Source: Bacteroidia bacterium
GTDB taxonomy: Bacteria > Bacteroidota > Bacteroidia > M30B66
NCBI GenBank assembly: GCA_965279035.1
Contig: OZ257142.1
Coordinates: 3,296,001-3,360,000 of the forward strand
Length of the DNA stretch: 64,000 bases
Direction: 5' to 3'
Shown: piece by piece, positions 41,489 to 51,977 of the stretch
Layout of the letters: each line of letters opens with the position of its first letter
Position numbering within the stretch: the first letter of the stretch is position 1
Notes under the pieces: generated by a model
What the model was told of the DNA's origin: nothing
The model's database searches: none
Seen by the model: the letters and a program-made list of their open reading frames with translations, nothing else
Made by a program: the position numbers and the translations under genes

Positions 41489-41884
41489 TTACTGTTTGTA
41501 AAGTCGGTGAATGACAGAAGAACGTTGAAAAGGAGCTTGCAGAGAAATTAGGTAAGCTCCAGCAGGATAAGAAGTCAAATCGAGACGAATCTGATTTTCT
41601 CCTTCCACCACATTTACTTGACGAACCAAAGGCAGAGCTTTCCCTGTTTGATCCATCAATTGAACTAACATAGTAGTTTCCTCTCCGCTGTTTACGTAAA
41701 GCACGTATTCAGCATCCATGCGGCCTGATTCGAGTCGTGTTTCGATCGAATGTACCTTTTCATCCATAACTTCAATCGGTGTTTCTTCCTTCAATGCGAG
41801 TAAGTTCGCATCATCGGGCACCGATAGCTGAGCCATCGCGCCAAAAGGAATTACACAAAATGTTAAGAGTAGTTTTTTAATCAT
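41489..41884 (-). CDS. Small secreted protein consisting mostly of a T9SS CTD-like domain
   Basis: Signal peptide; 'LMDQTGK...EGENQIRLDLTSYPAGAYLISL'. Confidence 0.7.
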   Translation of the reverse strand: MIKKLLLTFCVIPFGAMAQLSVPDDANLLALKEETPIEVMDEKVHSIETRLESGRMDAEYVLYVNSGEETTMLVQLMDQTGKALPLVRQVNVVEGENQIRLDLTSYPAGAYLISLQAPFQRSSVIHRLYKQ

Positions 41885-42233
41885 GCAAACTATTTTAAGG
41901 GTTTACACAAAGTTTAGCCTTTCTATTCACTGCATTTTCCCACATAAGCGAAAGGGATTACGTATGTAAGTTCGAATGTATATTCTAAACTAAACTTCAT
42001 TTTATATAACATCTTATCTAGGAACAATAGGAAAATTAATGATACTATTCAGAATAGAAACCATGTTTAAATCCTGTAGATTCTGGTTTTTAATTATTAA
42101 TAATCAAGAAATAATGAATCAACTTAAATAAACAACAAACTCTAAAAATCCAATTTCTTATCTTCAATTAGAAATAAGAATTTTATTAAATAATTCAGGA
42201 TATTAACCTTGAATGTTCAAAATAACTTTTTGC

Positions 42234-42241
42234 TACATTTG
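42234..42241 (+). promoter_or_regulatory. Bacteroidota -7 box for the two-gene islet
   Basis: TACATTTG 17 bp upstream of the ATG at 42259. Confidence 0.55.
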
Positions 42242-42258
42242 ACGTTTAATCAATCATC

Positions 42259-42432
42259 ATGAATGAACAAGAGAAATCAGAATTCCTAGAAATCCTCAAA
42301 AAGGAAAGGGAAAAACTTTCTAAGAATTCGGATAAAGCAAAAGAATTTCTTGTTAAAGTTGGTATATCTACGTTAAGTGGAAACTACAAAAAGGCATACA
42401 GGAATTTATGTATACCTCAAGAGCTGGCTTAA
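42259..42432 (+). CDS. Unannotated 57-aa protein, putative antitoxin
   Basis: MNEQEKSEFLEILKKEREKLSKNSDKAKEFLVKVGISTLSGNYKKAYRNLCIPQELA*; has its own promoter box and overlaps the next gene by 25 bp. Below the ORF-track cutoff. Confidence 0.7.
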   Translation: MNEQEKSEFLEILKKEREKLSKNSDKAKEFLVKVGISTLSGNYKKAYRNLCIPQELA

Positions 42433-43022
42433 TTCTAGCCTTTCACGGATGTGATGCATCAATAGTAGAAAAAGTAGTATTAGGCAAAGAGGAATTAAAA
42501 GCTAGTGAAAACGTTTATGACTGGCTTGGTCATGGAATATATTTTTGGGATAGCAGCCCTTCAAGAGCATTAGAATTTGCCAATCAATTGAAAATTAAAC
42601 ATGCTAAATCATCCAAAAATAAAATTGAAAATCCAGCTGTAATTGGTGCTGTTTTAAATTTAGGTTTTTGCTTAGACTTGCTTGATTATGAAAATCTGCA
42701 GGTGTTAAAATCAGGATATGATCTTTTAGATTCAACTCTTAAATCAGCAAAACTTCCAGAAAATAAAAAAGTTGATACATCCCATGATTTATTATTAAGA
42801 GATCTGGATTGCGCTGTAATTGAAACTTTGCACCAAGTTAGATCAGATAATAAATTACAACCGTATGATTCTGTAAGAGGAGTATTTTGGGAAGGTGAAG
42901 AATTATATCCGAATGCTGGTTTTAGAGAAAAAGATCACATTCAAATTTGTATACGAAATCCAAATTGTGTAAAAGGATATTTCATTCCAAAGGATATTAA
43001 TAAACTCTATAAATCCGTTTAA
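42408..43022 (+). CDS. Hypothetical protein with ADP-ribosyltransferase-fold-like motifs, putative toxin
   Basis: 'LAFHGCD', 'WLGHGIYFWD...A', 'YDSVRG' and 'HIQICIRN' follow the H-G / G-x-Y-F / late-strand order of PARP-like ART domains. Confidence 0.6.
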   Translation: MYTSRAGLILAFHGCDASIVEKVVLGKEELKASENVYDWLGHGIYFWDSSPSRALEFANQLKIKHAKSSKNKIENPAVIGAVLNLGFCLDLLDYENLQVLKSGYDLLDSTLKSAKLPENKKVDTSHDLLLRDLDCAVIETLHQVRSDNKLQPYDSVRGVFWEGEELYPNAGFREKDHIQICIRNPNCVKGYFIPKDINKLYKSV

Positions 43023-43058
43023 CTAAAATTTTTTAATTCCACTAAAAATAATCCCTCT

Positions 43059-44843
43059 TCACTCCTTCACCAATCTACTCGAAAACCATTTCCCATCCTG
43101 CAGTTGCACATACACACAATAAATTCCTGCAGAAATTTCGCTCAAATCTATCTTCGATTCTTTTTCAATTTCTTCACCTGAAAGTGAGCGAATAATTGCC
43201 CCATCCGAACGAAGTATTTTCATAGACTTAATCGCATGATTCTGCTTTAACTGAATAGATGATTTTACAGGATTTGGCCAAAAGATTATTTCTTGCTTTG
43301 CAGTATTTTCAATGCCTGCAGGATTTATTACTAAATAAGTCCGCATAGCCGACCAAGCTGAATTTCCCGAATCCGAAATCGCACGAACATTCCAGGAATA
43401 TTCAGCGCCCCAAGTCAATGAATCTTCTTCAAACGATGAATTCGAAGTGCTACGAACAAACGAGTGCATCACATCTTCCTCAAAACTTAAACGCAATTCA
43501 TACTGCTCAGCATCACTCACCGTTGTCCATTGAAACACACTCAAATTATTCACTAATTGCGCTTGATTAACTGGTGAAACTGGCTGTGGCGTTGATAATG
43601 CTGCCATCCGAAATGCAAGCGTATCCGATGCTACACTCGAAAATGTGCTATCCTTAAATGCCTGTACACTCCAGAAATATTCTTTTTTACGAATCAACGT
43701 ATCCAGCTCAATTTGATTATTTGTCGTTTCAATTTCCAATGGATTTCCTAAACTATCATTTTGCGAAAGTCGAAATTTATAATGTGTAGAATAAGGAACC
43801 GGATTCCATCTAAATATTGTATTTAAATCAACATCCACTTCATCAGCAGTCGGTGTTACTTGGATTGGTTGTGCAATAAAAGTGAGTGTTTTAAAACTTC
43901 GTAATGGCGACCATGCCGAAACAATCGTTGCCGTATTAAATGCCCGCACATACCAGTAATACGTATGATTCGGTTTGAGAATTTCTACCGTTAAATTGGT
44001 ATCAGGCAAAGTATAAATCAAGGGATTATTTAATTGAGGAATGGTATCAATATAGATCTGATACAGATTGGCAAATTCGCAGGTGTTCCATAAAAATGTT
44101 TGAGTCGTTGCTTGTTCTATCAAACCCTGTTCTGGCGCGAGTTGCGTTGGTGCATTGGGGACAAAAATATTCGCATCACCCGTCGAAAACCAGCGTATAT
44201 GCCATGCCGATGTATCTACTAAATTAATTGCACGAACACGCCAAAAATAAACATGATTGGGAACCGAAGTCGTGATTAATTGCTTAGAATCGGCAGCGTT
44301 GGAACTCGTATCAGTATAGGTTTTATGAAAATTTTGGAGCGAAACTGAATTGAATAAATTCGTCGTATCCACTTGCACATGGTACTGGTTTGCACCCGGA
44401 TGCGAATACCAATCGAGCATTACGCTGCCTTGATTGAGATTTAATTGCGCATTATCGGGCGATTGTATTGGGACAATTCCTAGCGTAGAAAAACTGCGTA
44501 CGTTTGACCATTGTGAAGTGTCGTTCGCTTGCCAGGCGCGGATTCTCCAATAATACACTTCGCCAAAATACAGGTTGTTTAACTGATGTTTTGTATCCGT
44601 CCCAGAATTAGAATTTCCCAAATAATTCTTTTGAATACGCTGCTTAAAGGGCGAATTAAACAAAGCCGAAGTGTCCAATTCCAATTGATACGCCGTCGAA
44701 AGTGGCACTGCATTCCAATCAATTAAAACCGAAGTTGGCTTCAAAGCCTGGTTGATTGGCAATACAGGAACGGGCGTTTCCCAAGCCAGCAAAGGATTTA
44801 TCGATAAAATAATATACAAGAAAAAAGGAAAAGTCCATTTCAT
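43059..44843 (-). CDS. Fibronectin type III repeat protein with T9SS CTD
   Basis: Five repeats ending 'YYWRIRA/YFWRVRA/YYWYVRA...S.WS'; 'FWPNPV...AGIYCV' CTD. Confidence 0.85.
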   Translation of the reverse strand: MKWTFPFFLYIILSINPLLAWETPVPVLPINQALKPTSVLIDWNAVPLSTAYQLELDTSALFNSPFKQRIQKNYLGNSNSGTDTKHQLNNLYFGEVYYWRIRAWQANDTSQWSNVRSFSTLGIVPIQSPDNAQLNLNQGSVMLDWYSHPGANQYHVQVDTTNLFNSVSLQNFHKTYTDTSSNAADSKQLITTSVPNHVYFWRVRAINLVDTSAWHIRWFSTGDANIFVPNAPTQLAPEQGLIEQATTQTFLWNTCEFANLYQIYIDTIPQLNNPLIYTLPDTNLTVEILKPNHTYYWYVRAFNTATIVSAWSPLRSFKTLTFIAQPIQVTPTADEVDVDLNTIFRWNPVPYSTHYKFRLSQNDSLGNPLEIETTNNQIELDTLIRKKEYFWSVQAFKDSTFSSVASDTLAFRMAALSTPQPVSPVNQAQLVNNLSVFQWTTVSDAEQYELRLSFEEDVMHSFVRSTSNSSFEEDSLTWGAEYSWNVRAISDSGNSAWSAMRTYLVINPAGIENTAKQEIIFWPNPVKSSIQLKQNHAIKSMKILRSDGAIIRSLSGEEIEKESKIDLSEISAGIYCVYVQLQDGKWFSSRLVKE

Positions 44844-44947
44844 AGGCGCGCAATCAACAGGTACTGATTCGTTTTTAAACCCAAAAAGTTGCTGCGTATT
44901 CGCGTCAGACCTTACATATATAGGTTGTTCAGATGATGTATTTTAAC

Positions 44948-45085
44948 TTGGGCGCCAGATCGGTCGTCGCTACTCGCTGCTCCATTTTCGTTTTCCTCCA
45001 AGTGATTTCTCCAAGCAACAGATCATCAATCCAAATCATTCTGCTCATTTCCCGCGAGCTCAAACAGACCGCTCCACCCTAGCGC
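44948..45085 (+). ncRNA. Flavo-1-like repeat/RNA motif
   Basis: ttgggcg...ggtcg.cgctac.cgct...gagctcaaacagaccgctccaccctagcgc, GC-rich within an AT-rich spacer. Confidence 0.4.
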
Positions 45086-45132
45086 TTTCAGGTAAAACAA
45101 AAATCCATCAGTAATTTCAGCATGCATTCAAA

Positions 45133-45170
45133 CAAAAAAAATCCCTGCCAACAAACATCGACAGGGATTT
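45133..45170 (-). terminator. Intrinsic terminator of acnA
   Basis: aaatccctg...cagggattt with a U-rich tail on the minus strand. Confidence 0.75.
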
Positions 45171-45192
45171 CAGAATAAAATTATGACTGAAA

Positions 45193-47457
45193 TTATTTCA
45201 CCGCAGCTTTAATCAAATTCAATGCTGAACCTGCTTTAAACCACTCAATTTGTGCTTCGTTGTAAGTATGATTTGCCCAAATTGTTTCGCTGGTTCCATT
45301 GTCGTGATGTAGCACAATTTCCAATGCTTTACCTGGAGCAAACGTTGTTAAACCTTTGATATCGATAGAATCGTTTTCCAAAATCTTATCGTAATCTTCC
45401 TTGTTTGCAAATGTCAAAGCCAACATGCCTTGTTTCTTCAAATTGGTTTCGTGAATACGAGCAAAGCTTTTCACCATCACCGCACGAACACCTAAATGAC
45501 GTGGTTCCATCGCCGCATGCTCACGACTCGAGCCTTCACCATAATTCTCATCACCAATCACAATCGAACCAATACCAGCCGCTTTGTATGCGCGTTGGGT
45601 AGCCGGAACCGGACCGTATTCACCTGTCAATTGGTTTTTCACTGAATCGGTTTTCTCATTAAAGAAATTCAATGCACCAATCAGCATGTTATTCGAAATA
45701 TTATCCAAATGCCCACGATACTTCAACCAAGGTCCAGCCATCGAAATATGGTCGGTTGTACATTTCCCTTTGGCTTTTATCAAGAGTTTCAAATTGCTCA
45801 AATCAATTCCTTCCCAAGCTGGAAAAGAATCCAATAATTGCAAACGATCACTCGTAGAAGAAACTTTCACTTCAACGCCAGAACCATCTTTCGAAGGTGC
45901 TTGATATCCTGCATCATCCACCGCAAATCCACGAGAAGGAAGTTCATCGCCTGTTGGTGCATCCAGTTTCACTTGCTCACCTTTGCTGTTTGTCAAGGTA
46001 TCAGTCAAAGGATTGAATCCTAAATCTCCAGCAATAGCTAAAGCCGTCACCAATTCAGGCGAACCAACAAATGCATAGGTATTTGGGTTTCCATCCGCAC
46101 GCTTTGCGAAATTCCGATTAAAGGAATGCACGATGGTATTTTTCTCTTGCTTCTCTGCACCAAATCGATTCCACATTCCGATGCATGGACCGCAAGCATT
46201 CGCAAATACCTTCGCTCCCATTTTATCAAATACTTCCAAGAATCCGTCACGCTCAATCGTATAACGAACCATTTCCGATCCTGGAGTAATGGTAAATTCT
46301 GCTTTCGCCACTAAATCTTTTGCATTGGCTTGGCGTGCAAGCGATACCGAGCGACTAATATCTTCATATGAAGAATTGGTACATGAACCAATTAAGCCTA
46401 CATCAATTTTTGTTGGCCAACCGTTCGCTGCAGCAACTTCTTTCATCTTCGAAATTGGCGTTGCCAAATCGGGTGTAAACGGACCATTGAGGTAGGGTTC
46501 TAATTCATCCAAATTGATTTCGATAATTTGATCGAAGTATTTTTCTGGATTAGCATATACTTCAGGATCGGCGGTTAAATGCTCACGAATTCCATTGGCA
46601 AGATCAGCAACCTCAGCGCGACTTGTACTGCGTAAATACCGTTCCATCGAATCATCGTAACCAAACGTTGAAGTTGTTGCTCCTATTTCTGCTCCCATGT
46701 TGCAGATTGTTCCTTTTCCGGTACAGCTTAAAGATTGTGCTCCTTCACCAAAATATTCAACCACAGCACCAGTTCCGCCTTTCACCGTAAGGATTCCAGC
46801 TACTTTCAAAATCACATCTTTGGGCGAAGTCCAGCCGTTGAGTTTTCCTGTCAATTTAATTCCAATCAACTTAGGAAACTTCAGCTCCCAAGCTAAACCA
46901 GCCATTACATCACAGGCATCAGCACCACCAACTCCAATAGCAATCATTCCCAAACCACCAGCATTCACGGTATGCGAATCGGTACCGATCATCATTCCAC
47001 CAGGGAAAGCATAATTTTCCAAAACTACTTGGTGAATAATTCCAGCACCCGGTTTCCAAAATCCAATGCCGTATTTATCCGAAATAGAAGAAAGGAAATC
47101 GTACACTTCTTTGTTCGAATTCACTGCTGTCGAAAGATCGGTCGATGAACCAACCTGCGCTGTAATCAAGTGATCGCAATGCACCGAAGATGGAACTGCT
47201 ACTTGTTTCCGCCCAGCTTGCATAAATTGCAACAAGGCCATTTGTGCTGTAGCATCTTGCATAGCCACACGATCCGGAGCAAAATCAACATAGGATTTCC
47301 CACGCTCAAACGCAGTATTCACAGGGTTTTCCCAGAGATGCGTATAAAGAATTTTTTCAGAAAGCGTGAGCGGACGACCCACTAAGTTGCGTGCTGCCTC
47401 AACACGCGCCCCGAAACCTGCGTACACATTTCGGATCATTTCGATATCAAATGCCAT
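45193..47457 (-). CDS. acnA: Aconitate hydratase (mitochondrial-type)
   Basis: '[13 protein letters not shown]', 'HCDH', 'GTDSHT', '[11 protein letters not shown]', 'ACGPCIG' and '[12 protein letters not shown]'. Confidence 0.96.
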   Translation of the reverse strand: MAFDIEMIRNVYAGFGARVEAARNLVGRPLTLSEKILYTHLWENPVNTAFERGKSYVDFAPDRVAMQDATAQMALLQFMQAGRKQVAVPSSVHCDHLITAQVGSSTDLSTAVNSNKEVYDFLSSISDKYGIGFWKPGAGIIHQVVLENYAFPGGMMIGTDSHTVNAGGLGMIAIGVGGADACDVMAGLAWELKFPKLIGIKLTGKLNGWTSPKDVILKVAGILTVKGGTGAVVEYFGEGAQSLSCTGKGTICNMGAEIGATTSTFGYDDSMERYLRSTSRAEVADLANGIREHLTADPEVYANPEKYFDQIIEINLDELEPYLNGPFTPDLATPISKMKEVAAANGWPTKIDVGLIGSCTNSSYEDISRSVSLARQANAKDLVAKAEFTITPGSEMVRYTIERDGFLEVFDKMGAKVFANACGPCIGMWNRFGAEKQEKNTIVHSFNRNFAKRADGNPNTYAFVGSPELVTALAIAGDLGFNPLTDTLTNSKGEQVKLDAPTGDELPSRGFAVDDAGYQAPSKDGSGVEVKVSSTSDRLQLLDSFPAWEGIDLSNLKLLIKAKGKCTTDHISMAGPWLKYRGHLDNISNNMLIGALNFFNEKTDSVKNQLTGEYGPVPATQRAYKAAGIGSIVIGDENYGEGSSREHAAMEPRHLGVRAVMVKSFARIHETNLKKQGMLALTFANKEDYDKILENDSIDIKGLTTFAPGKALEIVLHHDNGTSETIWANHTYNEAQIEWFKAGSALNLIKAAVK

Positions 47458-47614
47458 GGAATAAGTATGTTTTCGATTGATTATCAGCAGTTTTCAAAAT
47501 CGACAACTGCCTTGCTAAAGTAAACGATTCAACGCTTGCATGCAAGGAAACTGCTGGTGAATTTTATTGAATTCAACAGGATTTATTGGATCCGAATCAA
47601 ATCAATCTTCCACC

Positions 47615-48922
47615 CTATTTCACCAAATATCCCGATAACCTCAACAAAGAAACTTTGGCCTCTATGGCTTGCCAAGAAGCCGTTGTTTGTCTTTGAATGG
47701 CTTCTTCATAACTCCGCTGCGCCTCTTTTACAATGAGAATGGTTCCATTTCCCAACTTCAAACGCTCCAACGCCAATGCGAGATTTTCTTTTGCCGATTC
47801 AAAATTCTCAAGCTCCAGTTTCAATAATTCTGTTGCTTGTTGCCATTGTCGAATTGCTACTAAAATCGAAGCATCGGTCAATAACATGGCGTCTTTAATA
47901 CGCAACTCATCGTTGTCGAGCAGCAATTGAGATTGCTTAATTCGTGAATTCAACTGTCCACCATTGAACAAATTCCAGCTCAATGTCAATCCACCGTTCA
48001 AGCCATTGCTCTGATTAAACAAGGCAAATCCAGCCGAACTACTGTTACGAGAATAGTTGTAACCCGTACTTAATTTTAAAATAGGAGAACGTTCTGCTTT
48101 TATTTCCCGAAGTCGGAATTGATTGAGCGATTGATTCCCTTTAGCTAATAAAATACTAGCATTCTTCTCCATCGCTTGCTTGCGAATTTCCTCCAATTGC
48201 GGCAAATAATCGAGATTCACTTTTTCGGGAAACTGATATTCCGTTGTTAATGAAACGCCCATCAGTCGATTCAATTCCGTTTGTGCATTAGTCAATGCCA
48301 TATCTTGCTGCAGCAACAGGGATTTTGAGGTGTTTCGATCGACTGTTACTTGCAAAATTTCCTGACGTGAAGAGGATCCTACTTCTTGCTTTCTTTTCGT
48401 TAAGGCTAATTGCTCTTCAGTAATATCCAACCCAAACTTCAAGGATTTCACTTCTTGCTTTAAACGAATAATCAAGTAATACGCATCCAAAATATCGGAA
48501 ACCTGTTGTTCAATTTGAGCTCGAAGTTGAACTTGACTCAAAGCTTTCTGCTCTTTCAATCGATCCCAAATCACAAACATTTTCCCACCATCAAAAAGTG
48601 TCCAACCCAAGCTAGCAGAAGCATTCGTCGCGTTATTACTCACACCATTGGTCGCTACCGAAATTCCATTGGAATACCGTTGATTGATGTTGATGTTTTG
48701 TCCTGTTGCTCCAGCAGCAAGATCTACACGTGGCAACATGCCTGCATTTCCGCGTGTAACGCCCGCTTCGGTAGAAAGCTGATCATTGCGTGCAATGAGG
48801 ATAGAAAAATTGTTTTTCAAAGCCAAGTCAATGGCCATTTCGGGACTGAGAACTTCCTGAGCCGACAAACTTTCTAACGAAAAAAGGAATGTACAAACAA
48901 TCCAGAATCTATGCATTATCAT
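47615..48922 (-). CDS. TolC-family outer membrane efflux protein
   Basis: OEP repeats 'ALKNN', 'WTLFDGG' and 'WNLFNGG'; lies in the RND operon. Confidence 0.92.
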   Translation of the reverse strand: MIMHRFWIVCTFLFSLESLSAQEVLSPEMAIDLALKNNFSILIARNDQLSTEAGVTRGNAGMLPRVDLAAGATGQNININQRYSNGISVATNGVSNNATNASASLGWTLFDGGKMFVIWDRLKEQKALSQVQLRAQIEQQVSDILDAYYLIIRLKQEVKSLKFGLDITEEQLALTKRKQEVGSSSRQEILQVTVDRNTSKSLLLQQDMALTNAQTELNRLMGVSLTTEYQFPEKVNLDYLPQLEEIRKQAMEKNASILLAKGNQSLNQFRLREIKAERSPILKLSTGYNYSRNSSSAGFALFNQSNGLNGGLTLSWNLFNGGQLNSRIKQSQLLLDNDELRIKDAMLLTDASILVAIRQWQQATELLKLELENFESAKENLALALERLKLGNGTILIVKEAQRSYEEAIQRQTTASWQAIEAKVSLLRLSGYLVK

Positions 48923-51900
48923 GGTGCTTGCGTGTTTTAGCGATAAACGAATACATGGCTGGAATAACGAAAAGTGTCAATGAGAGCGAAAAAAGTAATC
49001 CACCAATGATGACGATTCCCATTCCCATGCGACTAACAGCACCTGCGCCGAGGGCAAGAGCAATCGGTAAAGCTCCAAGTGCTGTGGCTAAAGTGGTCAT
49101 CAAAATAGGACGTAATCGTGCCGAAGCAGCGTGAAGTATGGCATTGGCTTTCGACTCGCCACGTTCTTGAAGTTGATTGGCAAATTCCACAATCAAAATC
49201 CCATTTTTGGTTACCAATCCTATGAGCATGATAATTCCAATTTGACTGAAAATATTCATAGTTTGGTTGAAATACCAGAGCGAAAACAAAGCGCCAGCAA
49301 AGGCCAAAGGAACAGTGAGCATAATTACCAATGGATCGCGAAAACTCTCGAATTGTGCAGCTAATACGAGGTAAATCAACACAAGGGCAAGTATGAGTGC
49401 AAAGAAAATGTTGGAAGAACTTTCTTCAAAATCGCGCGAAGCACCTGTTAATGCTGTAGAAAATGAATCATCAAGCAGCTTTGCCGAAATTTCCTTCATC
49501 ACCTTAATTCCGTCACCAATGGTTTTACCTGATGCCAAACCAGCCGAAACAGTTGCCGCTGAATACCGATTATAATGATACAATTGCGGCGGACTGCTCA
49601 CTTCGTTTACATCAACCAAATTATCTAACTGCACCAGTTCTCCTGTATTGGTTCGTACCGACAAAGATTTCAAATCGAGTGGTTCATCGCGGTTGGCTCT
49701 ATCCACTTGTCCAACCACCTGATATTGTTTTCCATTAAGTGTAAAATACGCCATGCGCGAACTACTTAGCGACAATTGCAAGGTTTGAGCAATGGCTTGA
49801 ACCGAAACGCCCATGCTCTCGGCTTTGTCGCGATTGATGCTCACATTGAGTTCGGGTTTATTAAATTTCAGGTTGACATCTACTCCTTGAAACGTAGAAT
49901 TTTTATTGGCTTCATCAAGGAATTTTGGAAGCACTTCTTTCAGCTTTTCGAAGTTGGGTGCTTGCAACACAAATTGAATGGGCAATCCACCAAAACCTCC
50001 GGTAGAAATGGTTTGCTGTTGAACAACAAATACTTTCGCTTGAGGAAATGCTTTAGCGCGCTTCATTACATAATTGGCAATGTCTTGCTGTGAGCGTTTT
50101 CGTGTCGCAGGATCTCCCAAAGTGATGCGAATAAACCCGCTGTTAACCGATCCAGAACCAGCAAATCCGGGAGCTGTAACAGTGAGAATGATATCTTTTT
50201 CGGGGATGGAATCATTGATGAAATCGTTCAACCTCAACACCACATCATCGGTGTATTCATAGGAAGCACCTTCGGGAGCAGTGACAATTAATCGCATCCA
50301 ACTTCGATCTTCCAAAGGTGAAAGTTCCGATTGCAACAAAGGATAAATGCCGACGATCATTCCAATAGCAAGAGCCAAAATGAGCAATGCTTGCCCACGA
50401 CGTTTCATAAAGGCAGCAAGCAAATTCTGATAGCCTTCTTCCATCTTGACAAAAAACGGCTCAGTTGCAATGTAAAAACGGCTCTTCTTGGTTGGATCTT
50501 TTCGCACCAAGCGTGCATTCAGCATGGGCGTGAGCGATAGAGAAACAAAGGCCGAAATGGCAACAGCTCCAGCGAGCACAACTCCAAATTCGCGGAATAA
50601 TCGACCAACAAATCCTTCCAGAAAAATCACCGGCATAAACACCGCAATCAAGGTGATGGAAGTAGAAATAACGGCAAAAAATATTTCGTTAGAACCTTTG
50701 ATAGCTGCTTCCATGGGAGGCATTCCACCTTCAATCTTTTTGTAAATATTTTCGGTCACCACAATTCCATCATCCACCACCAAACCGGTTGCTAAAACTA
50801 TGGCGAGCAAGGTTAACACGTTAATCGAATAGCCCATTAGATACATGATGAAAAATGCACCCAAAAGCGAAACGGGAATGTCGATAAGCGGACGAATAGC
50901 AATGAGCCAATCGCGGAAAAACAGGAATATGATGATGATTACCAATAGGATGGCGATGATGAGTGTTTCAACAACTTCATCTACACTTTGTCGAATAAAC
51001 TTGGTGTTATCGAGCGCAATTCCCAATTTAAAACCTTCGGGAATGTCCTTTTTGATGTCTTCTACCCGTTTGTAAAACTCTTTCGAAATTTCGAGGTAAT
51101 TAGCTCCTGGCTGAGGAACCAAGGCAACAGCAACCATGGGCGTTCCATTTTGACGCAACATGGTTTCCTCATTTTCGGGACCCAAACGCGCTTCTCCAAT
51201 ATCCGCAAAACGAACATTGACGCCATTTTCGGAACGTAAAATCAAGTTGTTGAATTCCGTTTCGTTGTGTAATCGACCAACAGTTTTAACGCTTAGTTCG
51301 GTAGCATTTCCTTCGATTTTTCCGCCCGGCAACTCAACATTTTGCGAGTTCAAAGCATTTTGAATATCCATCGGTGTAATGCCCAAAGCAGCCATCTTCG
51401 CAGGATTCATCCACAAGCGCATGGCGTATTTTTTCTGTCCCCAAATCTGCAAAGAACTCACACCGGGAATCGTCTGCAAGCGTTCACCAATCACGTTCTC
51501 AGCATAATCGCTTACTTCTAATTGGGTTTTAGTATTGCTTTCAACCGTCAAACTTAAAATAGCATCCGAATTCGCATCCGCTTTCGAAACAATGGGCAAT
51601 CCGTCAATGTCTTTGGGAAGATCACGAACCGTTTGCGACACTTTATCACGCACATCATTGGCAGCCGCTTCGAGGTTTGAACCCAAATTAAATTCTACGG
51701 TAATCACACTGTTTCCTTGGTTGCTCGCCGAAGAAATTGTCCGAATACCTTCAATCCCATTCAAGGCTTTTTCGAGTGGCTCGGTGATTTGAGATTCAAT
51801 CACATCGGCATTCGCCCCGGCATAACCTGTCCGCACCGTAATTACTGGTGGATCGATGGAAGGAAATTCACGAACTCCCAATGAAGTATAGCCTATCCAA

Positions 51901-51977
51901 CCAAACAAGACAATAATCAAATTCATCACAATGGCCAATACTGGTCGTCGGATGCTTATCGTAGAAAGACTGCTCAT
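48909..51977 (-). CDS. RND efflux permease (AcrB family)
   Basis: 'SIRRPV', 'GLVVDDGIVVTENI', 'GLVTKNGILIVEFA' and 'RLRPILMTT'. Confidence 0.96.
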   Translation of the reverse strand: MSSLSTISIRRPVLAIVMNLIIVLFGWIGYTSLGVREFPSIDPPVITVRTGYAGANADVIESQITEPLEKALNGIEGIRTISSASNQGNSVITVEFNLGSNLEAAANDVRDKVSQTVRDLPKDIDGLPIVSKADANSDAILSLTVESNTKTQLEVSDYAENVIGERLQTIPGVSSLQIWGQKKYAMRLWMNPAKMAALGITPMDIQNALNSQNVELPGGKIEGNATELSVKTVGRLHNETEFNNLILRSENGVNVRFADIGEARLGPENEETMLRQNGTPMVAVALVPQPGANYLEISKEFYKRVEDIKKDIPEGFKLGIALDNTKFIRQSVDEVVETLIIAILLVIIIIFLFFRDWLIAIRPLIDIPVSLLGAFFIMYLMGYSINVLTLLAIVLATGLVVDDGIVVTENIYKKIEGGMPPMEAAIKGSNEIFFAVISTSITLIAVFMPVIFLEGFVGRLFREFGVVLAGAVAISAFVSLSLTPMLNARLVRKDPTKKSRFYIATEPFFVKMEEGYQNLLAAFMKRRGQALLILALAIGMIVGIYPLLQSELSPLEDRSWMRLIVTAPEGASYEYTDDVVLRLNDFINDSIPEKDIILTVTAPGFAGSGSVNSGFIRITLGDPATRKRSQQDIANYVMKRAKAFPQAKVFVVQQQTISTGGFGGLPIQFVLQAPNFEKLKEVLPKFLDEANKNSTFQGVDVNLKFNKPELNVSINRDKAESMGVSVQAIAQTLQLSLSSSRMAYFTLNGKQYQVVGQVDRANRDEPLDLKSLSVRTNTGELVQLDNLVDVNEVSSPPQLYHYNRYSAATVSAGLASGKTIGDGIKVMKEISAKLLDDSFSTALTGASRDFEESSSNIFFALILALVLIYLVLAAQFESFRDPLVIMLTVPLAFAGALFSLWYFNQTMNIFSQIGIIMLIGLVTKNGILIVEFANQLQERGESKANAILHAASARLRPILMTTLATALGALPIALALGAGAVSRMGMGIVIIGGLLFSLSLTLFVIPAMYSFIAKTRKHHDNA

